Assembly: GCA_016748015.1 (NCBI GenBank)
Contig: JAAOMT010000627.1
Span: 435,386 to 499,385, forward strand
Direction of reading: 5' to 3'
Length of the DNA stretch: 64,000 nt
Origin: Geosiphon pyriformis uo1
Lineage: Eukaryota; Fungi; Glomeromycota
Shown here: positions 42,621 through 53,600 of the stretch, piece after piece
Layout of the letters: each line of letters opens with the position of its first letter
Numbering within the stretch: position 1 is the first letter of the stretch
Program-made: the position numbers and the translations under genes
The notes under the pieces: model-generated
What the model was told of the DNA's origin: nothing
The model's database searches: none
The model's input: only the letters and a program-made list of their open reading frames with translations

Positions 42621-44119
42621 GGATAAAAAAGAGAAAAAAGTTTTTATATTTAGTTTTATAACTTAAAAAACTATTATATTAATTATTTTTAATAATTTAA
42701 ATAATAATTAAACCTTTTTTTTTTAAATTAAATAAATTATAAATTTTAATTATAATTACAATTAAAAAAAATAGATTTTTAATTTTATTAAATATTTTAT
42801 TTTAAATATTAATATTTTTTTTATTAATATTTAATGAGTATAACTTAATTATTATTTAGTATACAAAAACTAACTAAGTAAATCTAACTAAATATAGTTT
42901 ATATATTTATTATATATAATTAGTTACTTAAGTCAATTAAAACAATACTATGTATTTATATAAATCTTTATATTATCACTAATACTTAAAAAAAATAAGT
43001 CTTATATAGTCTAAAACTAATAATAAATAACTTAATAATATTAAGTAAACAAATAATTTTTACTAATATAAAACTAGATAAATTATAAAAAACTATAAAC
43101 AATTTCTATATTACCAATTAGACTACTTTTTTTATGTCTATTTTAAACTTTAATCTAAATAACTATAATTTATTATAATGTTTTTTAACCAATTAACAAA
43201 CAAAATTAACTATTAATATAGTTTTTTTTCTATTATCAAAAATTAAAACTGTCTTATTAGTTTAGTTTTTAAAAACAAAACTTTTGTACAAGATTGTATA
43301 AATACCAATAGCTAAAATTTTCAATAAAAAAATATATAATACCAAGGATAAAAAGAGAAAACAACTTCCTATTAATATTAATATTTTAATTATTACTGCA
43401 AAAAAAGTTAAATTTTATTAAAAAGCTTTTTTATTAAATAAATAATTTTATTTTAAAATTTAAAAATATTAAGAACATTAAATTTAAAATATTTTTAGTC
43501 AAAAGACCAACAAATAAGTTGATTATACTAGTATTTACAACTTGTTTTTTTGCTTTTTTATTAGTATAACCAAAGTTAAGAATTAAAAAAAACTGAATTT
43601 TTTTGTATTTAAGTAAATTTTTGTACTTATTTTGTCTGTATTTATATTAGTAACTAATTTTATAAGTATTAAAAAAAGATTATTAACAGAAATAGTTTAA
43701 TAAAAAATAATATAAGAAAAAAAAAGATATAATATTTTAGTTATTTTGCTATGGCCAAAAAGATTTTTTAACAGAAATTAAACATATATTTTAAAAAAAT
43801 AATATAAAAACATATTTTTAAGAATATAAATTTAATGATTATTTATTTTTTTATTGATTTAACTTTGATTTGTTATTATAAAGCTGTATAATAATTATTT
43901 TAATTCAAAAAATACATATGGATTTACTTTTACAAAAAAAAGTTTTTAAAAGTATTACCATTAAAGAAAGTTATAAAATATTTATGTATTAATTAATAAA
44001 ATAATATTTTCCTGTATCCAATCATATGATTTTTTATATATATATGGTCTGTTTATTAGAAACGAGAACAACGCCAAAAATTATATTTCCCTCGCACTAG
44101 CTTGAGCCATATCGTAATA

Positions 44120-47100
44120 ATGGGGCTGCCAAATCTCGTTGTTGTATATTTCAAACGCACAGAACGCATTGCTCTCACACGTATACTTCGTGAATACATT
44201 CAGTTTTCATACTCTGAACATCCTGACGCCTATACTGATGACTTCCGTGTCCTCGATGAGTTAAGAGGCGATTGTGTGAATTTGGAAGTGCATCACAATG
44301 CTTTGAACCGACTTCTTAAGTAAGTTCTTTTAAACTTTCATGATCGATTTATCACTAATTTCATAATTTAATTTTTTTCTCAACTTAGATATTATGGACA
44401 ATTGGTTTTTATAGGCTCGAAATTCCCTATTGACGTAGGTTCGACCTCGACAGATAGCATATTCGAGGTAGTTATGCTCTTCTTTTCATCTAGGTTGCTC
44501 TCCATCTTTTAGGTGGGAATCGAATTTCCTTGGTCACTTGCTTTTTCCGAGGACAAAAGGCTTAGTATGTTCTCGTGCATACGTTGATATCAAACACTCC
44601 CAAATCAAGGTTTTAACTTTCCTTCTTTCAGTTGCCCATAGAAATTTCTTTTACGAGAAAGCATGTGTTCTCTTCAACATTGGGGCTATGTACAGCCAAC
44701 TAGGAGTTGCCGAAAATAGATTTACTGCCGCTGGCGTCAAAAAAGCTAGTCAGCACTTTCAGGTGATTTCTGTAAATTTTTGCCTCATAAATTATTCCAT
44801 TTATTTTAAAACTTTTCTAATCCCTCTTAAAGTGTGCAGCTGGTTGTTTTACCTATTTGAATGAAGTGATCATACCGGAAATGAGAATTCCACCTACGGT
44901 AGACATGTCTATAACTACATTAAATGTATTAAGAAATGTTATGTTGGCACAAGCACAAGAATGTTTTTGGCAAAAGGCTGTAAATGGTTAGTAGACTATC
45001 GAGCAACATATTATCTATTTTCCTTGTACTTTTTCAATCAAAAGTTTCAATGTCACAATAGACAAGATGAAAGATGGGACCATCGCAAAATTGGCCGGTC
45101 AGGTTGCTGATTTTTACGAGACCGCCCATGAGCTGAGCGTCAATGATTCAAATGTTTCTCAATTATTAGGGCAGGTTAGTGGATGAATTACTTAATTAAT
45201 TTTCAAATTCATAGTTACAGTTTTTATATTGCAATTAATCATTCGATTTATTACAGCAATTTATCACACATCTTCAAGGTAAATCTTGGCATTTTCTAGC
45301 CGGCTCTGAATTTCGGAAGTCATCAGAAAATATCAGTCAAAATAAATATGGAGATGAGATTGCAAGATTAAAAGTAGCCGAATCTCTGATAAAAAGAGCA
45401 TTGGGCCTCCAGAAAAATTTACGAGACTCGGTCATTAACGATTTGAAGGTCCCTATATAATAGCTTTTCTATTTCGTTCAATATTAAATAACTTTAAATT
45501 TTGCTTGGCCCTTCAGTTTAACCATAAAATTTATTTTAGTCATTAGAAAAACCCATTAACGATAACCTTGTTCGCGCTGAGAAGGATAATGATCTCATAT
45601 ATCTTCACTCTATTCCCTCTGCGTCCTCATTACCTCCAATTGGGCGTGCCAAGATGGTAGAAGCCACTGTTCCACCAGAGGTCAAGGATCCAATTTCACT
45701 GATGAATGAGAGATCAATATTGGGTGAACCTTTATTTGTACAACTTGTACCTTTTGCAGTGCATCAGGCTATCAGCGTCTATTTTGATCGCAAAGATACC
45801 TTGGTGAGGGAAATTATTGGTCGCCTTTTGGAACTGACAAATACCTGCAAAAGGTAATTATCAGATTCCTGTTTTTTCCTTACTGCTTCTGAAAAGAGGG
45901 TATATCTCTTCATTCCTTTATTTTTTTAGCACACTCCAATCTCTGAAATTGCAAGGTGCTCTTGAGGCTCTAGAAGAACCCGTAGGCTTACCACCTACTT
46001 TAATCCAAAAATCCAATGAGGTACGGCAAGCTGGTGGATTAGAAGTCTTAAAAGAGAAGCTTGAGAGAGTGCAAGAACTAGAGCACAACGATACTACTAT
46101 CCTGGAGGAGGTAAATTAATGATGCCCTACAAACGTTGATTAGATGAATTCTAATATATTATACTGTGCCAGGCTTTTGCTTTATTAGACCAAGAAATAG
46201 CAGAGGATGAAGAAATACGAGAAAAGTATGCAGAAAAATGGCAGCTTCCTCCATCTGATTCTGTAAATCAAGAACTTGTACAGCAAGGTGTCAAGTATCG
46301 CGATGTCCTAAATGCTGCGCGTAATGGTGATCATATAATTGCGCGTAAACTAGAGGATTGGTCAACAATTATTGAATTGCTCAATGCTAGCCAGGTATCT
46401 AGTATATCGATTTTTCAAAAACAGGGTTAAACAGATGCCCTATTCTAACAGTTATATATGGAATTTGTAAACGATTTTTTAAGGATAAATTACTGCGTGC
46501 AGTGCCTGCAAGCACACAGACCTATGATGATTCTAATTCTTGCGTGAGTCAACTTCGTGGTTTATACAATCAAGCCCAGCGTTTAATGAATGATCGGGAG
46601 GAACGAATTGCAGAAGTGCAGAAATTTGGAAATTCTGATGATATAGGTAATTAATATTGAACGTGTAAAGATTTGAATCGACGGAACGTTTATAAACCCC
46701 TAATATTCATGTAATTCAGGGCCTGATCTTCGGAAAGAAGCCGCCAAAATCACGGCAAAGGGCATAGGAGTCAAGATCGAATCTGCGCACTTTGAAGACT
46801 TTTTCGCTCAACATTTGAATAAATATGATCCCTATTTACAGCTAGTGAAATCAGAGACTGACACTCAAGAGAAACTTATAACTTCAATAGTAGTAAGTTC
46901 AGCTATAAGTTATCATTGCCATTCTCTTCAGTTCCTTTTAATAAATTTCGAAATTTTTATATAGGAAATAAATCAGCGGCTTTTGGAAACACGTCAACGA
47001 TCAGATGCCGCCAATTTAGGACGTATAAAAGCTGTGCAAAACTTGGAGATCGGATATGAAAAATTCAAAGAAATTTTAAAAAACTTAAGAGAAGGAGAAC

Positions 47101-47672
47101 AGGTGCGAATAGCATGATTTATAAGAAGAATTTTAACGAACATAAGAGCTTAAAAACTATCTTATTTTTTAGTTTTACCGATCATTCGGAACTACGCTAA
47201 TCAAATGGAAAAATGATTGCAAAACTTTTGTCGAATCCCGGCGGCATTATTCCCAAAATCATCTTGAGTAAGTTTATTTCAAGCTTAATTTACTTATCCA
47301 GTCACAGAAACTATTACTGATATCTCGCTGGACCTTAGGCAATTGACCAAAACTTTTTCTGGAATGAGTATTTCAAATCCGCAACCATCTGCTCCTCCAG
47401 CATCACAGATTCCTCAATCTCACGACAGATTGAATAATTCAAATGAGTTGTGGAACAATGGTGTGGGTTTAGCTGTAAATTATGAAGAGCCTTCTCAATC
47501 AATGCTTTCATCTTCCCCTCATCCATCATCCCCTGTTCATCCAATTTGGACAAAAGGTATGCCTGTCTCCTTCGTATCTTCATCTGGACAACGATCGCCA
47601 ACTACTCCAAATCAAACTAGAGGAGCTACATGGACTAGGGGACGGGGCATCCATTTTAATGGGCGGAATTAA
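44120..47672 (+). CDS. RIM20: pH-response regulator PalA/Rim20 (BRO1 plus ALIX V domain), multi-exon
   Basis: The spliced product reads [13 protein letters not shown]|[72 protein letters not shown] and NLREGEQFY, with a Pro/Ser-rich tail. Short GT-AG introns occur throughout. KFPIDVGIEFPW favours PalA over Bro1. Confidence 0.88.
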
Positions 47673-49609
47673 TAAGCAAATATCCACCCTTATTGGATAT
47701 AATATTGGAAAAGTTTACACTAATTCAAATCAAGATTTAAACTCCCGAAAATTACTGATAAAGAAATAGGCTAATTAACTTAAAGGACAGCCGGACGCAG
47801 TTGAAATGTCAAAAAAAAAGTCAACCTTTATAATATTTTCTCTAACTATATAAAAATATTTTTCAAGAGTATTCAAGTGTTATAATATTTGAATAATGTT
47901 AATATGAAATTACGAATATTTGATAAAGAGTTAGAAATATAAATAAAAATTTTACTTTACATTAATAATTGTTTATTTTTTTGTTGTTTGTTTTAATATC
48001 AATTAAATTATGGTGCAATTAAGTATATGTACATATATATACACTTTATATATATTTTTTTATAAATTTTAAAATATGGTTGTAAAACCAAAGCTAATAT
48101 ATATATAAATAATGTTTTTTGTGTAATTTATACATTAATTTTTTTCTTATTTATATTTTTATATAATAAATTAAACACAAAATTTTTTGTTTTTTTTTAA
48201 CAATTTTAAAAAACTCATAAAGTAATAAAAATTATGTATAAAGTAATAAAAATATTAAAAATAAAAAATATATTAGTTTTAATAAATATAAAAAAAGAAT
48301 TAAATTTTTTATAATTATAATTTTGTATTTTAAAAATATAATAATATTATATTTAACACAAAAAAAACTTTTTTGTATTTTAATTTGTTATTATAAAATT
48401 ATTATATTTATAGTAAATTTTATGTTTACAATTAAAGAAAAAATTACAATTAAAACAACTTTTGTTATTTTTAATGTATTTAAAAATATTACTATTTAAA
48501 CAACTTTTTTTACAGTTAAAATACATAAATAGTATTTTAAAAAAACATTTTTTAAAATAAAACAAATTTAATTTTTTGTTAATTTAAAAACACTATTTTT
48601 AACTTTAAATAAAAGGTTAAATTTTTTTTAAACAGCTTGTAAGAACAGTTTTAATGTAGTTATGATTTTTATTTTTAAGAATTTTAAAGTTTTTAATAAT
48701 AAGTAAATATTAAAGCTGTTTTTTAATATTATGCTTTTTTTATTTGCTTAAATAATTTACAAAGTCAAACAAATTTTAAAGTTGTCTGTTTTATTACTGC
48801 CAAATTTGCTGTTAACTTTTTTAAAATATCTGAAAATATGATTTTTTTTGGTGTTTTTTAAAGTATTTTGGTTGTTTTAAAGTTAGCTTTTCTTTTTATA
48901 AAAATAAAGCTTTGGGTTTTTTAGTTTTGTTAGTGTTATTGTTAATATTATTTTATTTGTGTTAATTAAAATGTCTAATTTAATTATAACTATAGACCAA
49001 TTTTTTTTTTGTTTTAAATAATAATAATAAATACATATTTATTGGTTTTAATTTTAATTAATATTAAATTATACTATTTAAATTAAATAATTTTGATTAA
49101 TTATTACTAGTTTTAAAAACAAAACAAATTATATTTTAGAACATGTTTAATTTTAAGTATTTTATTGGATTATTAAATTATATTTGAATTAATAAAATAA
49201 ATATTAAAAATACTTCTTTTTTTATTTTAAAAAGTTTTTGATTTAATAATATTTAAGCTATTATTATAAGTTGTTAAAAGTTTTTTGAATAAATAGCTTC
49301 TATTTTAATGCAAATATTTTTGTTAAAATCAAGTTAAATTATGTTAAGTGTTTGTTTTAGTTTTTTTTAAGTATAATTCTTTATAATATTTTTTTAAAAG
49401 CTTTTTTTAATAATATTAAGACTGTTTTAAATATTTTTAATAAAGTTTTTTTTATTAAATTAAAGTCTATTAACTTGTAATAATATATTGTTATTTGTTT
49501 TAAAAACTTTTTTTATTGTTATTGTTTTTGTTTGCTAATTTATAATAGTAAAAAAAATAATATTAAAATTTTATTTTTTATTATTATTATTTTTTTATTA
49601 CAAGTTTAA

Positions 49610-49726
49610 CGAATAAAGCCCAACTACTATCTAGTACATAGAACCAAACTAAGAGGAACTAATTAAATACAGTTCATTTACTTACTACATGTAACCAGCC
49701 ATATAGATCAGATAAGACAACACTAT
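49610..49726 (-). repeat. LINE 3'-UTR-like fragment, the target of element D
   Basis: AGAACCAAACTAA...TAAGACAACACTATACA resembles 6642-6731 (AGAAACAAACTAA...TAAGACAACATTATGCA), which lies downstream of the LINE ORF2. Confidence 0.5.
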
Positions 49727-49730
49727 ACAT

Positions 49731-50583
49731 TATTACTCATAGAATATAAGAAATATAGTATTATTAGTTAATAGATATTAGCCAATCAGATGTAGACGTA
49801 GTAAATGTGGAATTTCAAGATTCTTTTTAGAGGAATTGCAGGATTCCAGAAATTTCAGAATTCTCTGACAAGAAATCACAGGATTCCAGAATTCCAAGAT
49901 TCCTCTTATCAAGAATTGCAGAATTCCAGAAATTCCAGGATTCTTGTCATAAGAAATTGAAGAATTGAGGAATCTCAGATATGTATATATAGCAGTAGCA
50001 TTAGAAGCAAAAAAGACAGAATAGACACCAAGAGTTCTTAGCTTAGTTACTACAATCCTCAAATAAATAATTATTCACTATATCAAATTCACTTTTCACT
50101 ATCAACACTTTATGTTGATAGTAATTAATACTTAACCACACTAGAACAATAGCTCTTAATCATGGCTATTGACAGGATACTAACTTGCAAATCACCTTGG
50201 CTTATTTCCTTATATTTCTTTATTTTCTTTATGTTTCTTTGATTTTGCTATTGTGTACTAACCAATTGATTCAAAGTGCTGATTACTGACATTAAAGATT
50301 GCCTGGTAAAAGACCCCTGCAAGTGGGTAGAACATGTACAGAAGATATGGATTACTTACCAGAGGATTGTCAGCCACCAAGCTGAGAAAAAAATTAACAG
50401 ACTTGCAAGTCTAAGAAGCTATAGATAAACAATTATTGAATCTCTGTCCATTATACAAAAGACTCATTTGGAAAACCTTTAGATACCAACTACTTAAAAA
50501 TATTATCCACAATGTGAATAGCTTTTGAGCACCAAGTTATGGGTTTAGTATTCACTCAACACTCCAAAGACACACCTGTAACA
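49731..50583 (+). repeat. 5' LTR of element D
   Basis: Direct repeat of 59138-59990, TATTAC...GTAACA, with a CCAAT box, GAATTCC-type repeats, TATA and AATAAA. Confidence 0.95.
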
Positions 50584-50585
50584 TT

Positions 50586-50602
50586 TGGTGCTCCCTGTGA
50601 GG
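50586..50602 (+). promoter_or_regulatory. Primer-binding site of element D (TGGTGCTCCCTGTGAGG)
   Basis: TGG starts 2 nt after the LTR; complementary to a tRNA 3' end ...CCTCACAGGGAGCA-CCA. Confidence 0.8.
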
Positions 50603-53600
50603 TATAATCTTACAGAGAACCAACACCAACAAACACTATCCAAAAGAGACAGAATCAGAAAATATAAGAGCAAACCATTTAGGATTTGTGAAATTCTTAT
50701 TTCAACATTATTGTCAACACTTAGGATTAAACCCCAATCATATATCTGCCAAATCAGTCTTTAATTTTTATGTCAACAAAAAAATTTTCTCTTTGTTAGG
50801 AACACTAGTGAATACGGAATCAGCAAAGAAAACTTTCTACAGAAAATTAATTCAAAACACCAACCTACCAACAAATCATAATTTCGCATCTATTATCACT
50901 GAGATCAACAAAGAAATTAAACATCACACCCAACAAAGATATCTGATTACATATGCTAGTAAAGACAAAAAAAAACTACAAACACCAGCAGTAACTCCCA
51001 GAAAAATACAACTACCTACTTGGAAGAAAACAAGAGTTGAATCACCAACCAATCTATCTTATCACTATACACCTGGAAGCACCATCAACATTTTATCAAC
51101 AGGCACATCCACATCAAACACAACATCAGCATTTGGACGATTCTCATTCCAAAGTAACCAAAGAAAAACAGAATTATTAGGACCATATGGCAAATACTTT
51201 GAAGGATTTAAATCGCAATCACCAACACCCTCAGGAATTTGATCACCACTGCCTCAACCAGACTTTGGAACCACTACCCCATGAGAACTATTTAAAGAAA
51301 AAGAAGAAGAAGAATCAGAAGATTAAGAATTTACTTGCCAGAACCTGATCACTAAAAACCCGGAAGTTGAAACACTGAATCTTCAAACTCAGCAAAATTT
51401 AAATTTAAAAAACCCAGAAATCAAAACTCCGAATATTCAACCACCACCAAATCAGAACAATTAGAACCCCAATCTAATTAATCAACCAGACTTATCTCCT
51501 ATTATTGTCATCTACCCACCACCAGTTGAACTGATTGGCCAGCCACCACAACAATCACACCAGCAGATTCAACAACCACTAGTACTACTTCAACAACCAC
51601 CACAACCCAACTTAGATCCAATGGCATATGCACTGATAGCCAAACTCGAGAAATTTACTGGCGAAGAGAACAACACTCAAGCCTGGATCAACGACATCGC
51701 CAAAACAATTACTGCCAATAACTGAGATAATGCCAGAACCATGCAAGTCATCCCCTATTTTCTCAAAGACATGGCAGACTCTTGGTATCACAGTCTAGCC
51801 CAGAAACCTCAAAACTTTAATGCCTTCAAATTAGAATTTTTGAGGTATTTTAATGATAACAACAGTATTAACCACTTGGCAAGTACTTTCACCACCATCA
51901 AACAAGAAGACACAGAAGCAGTCACTACTTACTTGAGATGCTTCCATAAAAATCTGCACCAAATTCAGGCAATTCAAGCTGACTACTTTATAGTGCCACA
52001 GATCTTGAACCAATTCATTCAAGGATTGCACAGTAACATTCTCCAGCAAGTATGTTCAATGCATCCAATTAATTTCCCAACCATCATAACTCATGCCAGA
52101 GATTTTGAAGCCACTGAATTAGAAGCTAATCATGCCCAAGCTGTGAATATAGTAATGAATAGATCATCTGACCTGGATTCCAAGCTAAAACAATTCAGTG
52201 ACAACATCAATCAAAAATTGGAGGGCTACTTAGCTGACAATTGTGCAATTTATCAGCCACCCCAATGATGTAATGATTTAGGAAGCGTGAATTGTTTCCA
52301 GAATCAATCATGTCCAGGATTGTCTACTAATCAGTCATGACAGCCAGAAATGCATGTCTGCTACAACTGTGGTAAACAAGAGCATATTAAGACCAACTGC
52401 CATACTTATAGCAACCCACAATCAGGAAACCATTATTGAAACCCCGATTGCCAGTTTTAGACTCCGAATTACCAATCCAATTAAGTGCAATATCAAAATG
52501 CTTACCTGCCTATGATGCAGCCACCAATTTATCAGCCACCAATATATCAACCACCAATTTATCAGCCACAGCCACCAACAATTTATTAACCGCAGCCACA
52601 AGTCATTTATCAGCTGCAGCCTTAAGTAATTTATCAACCCCAACAAGTTCAAATGCCACACCAAAATTCAGCTATGATGATGTCAGGAAACCTGAGATCC
52701 AGAACCACCCAAAACTGAAGATCAGCAATGGTCATTCATTAACCAATTTTCAGTTCATCAGGCCAACAATCAGGATCTTGTTAGCAAAATTCGGATATCA
52801 GTTTCACCCAAAACCCGAATTCCCAGAACTATTTAAGTCTCCTGGTTACTCCAGAAAATATTATCTCTAACAACCCAGAACTCGATTAACAACCAACAAT
52901 ACTTACCAACAACAATCTACCAGCAATCATCACCAATGATGAATTGTTAGCAGCCATCTTTTTGTTTGAACTTGAGGAAGTTATGTCAGTCCCCTTATTC
53001 AATGAAGCAGCTCTGGAAGAAAAACCCATCACTGCTATATACACTAATACAAAAGTTGATGGCTACTCCATCAAGTTAATTCTTGACAGTGGTTCAGCAG
53101 ACAGCATCATTACATGACAACTCATGGATCAATTAGGTCACTGAGTTGATCAAGCTGTCAGTGCTAGAATCATTACTGCTAATGGCACCACAAAAATGCC
53201 TATTGGTGAAATCGACGACTTCCCAATTGAAGTTAATGGCATCATTACTTCTATCAAAGTCTTAGTGATGGAGACAACCCAATACTAAGCACTAGTGGGC
53301 AATGATTGGTTGTCTAAAAACAATACTGTTCTCAACTGGATTACACAGGAGCTCCAGCTCAGCCAAAATGGCCAGCACATGCAAGTACCAGCAACGTGTA
53401 GCCATTTTAAACCTAATAACGTCACGACATCAGCACTGCTTATCAACCTTGAGAAAAAACAACTAAAGTCTACTTGGAAGACATACCAAGTATCGTGAGC
53501 TGACGTTGACCACAATGAACTGCTGTCAATACTCGCCTGGGATGACAATAACAATAAAAAGAAGGGACAAGAAAAAGAACCTACCAGTGGAACTACTATC

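Noticed and set aside
50178-50192. Perfect TACTAAC branch-point motif in the A and D LTRs
   Set aside because: It is followed by TTGCAA, not YAG, in all four copies, so no splice acceptor is supported.
52436-52870. 144-aa alternative-frame ORF overlapping the gag Q/P-rich region, and similar antisense ORFs across the elements
   Set aside because: These are shadow frames of low-complexity QPPIY repeats. The real gag-pol frame is continuous apart from C>T stops.
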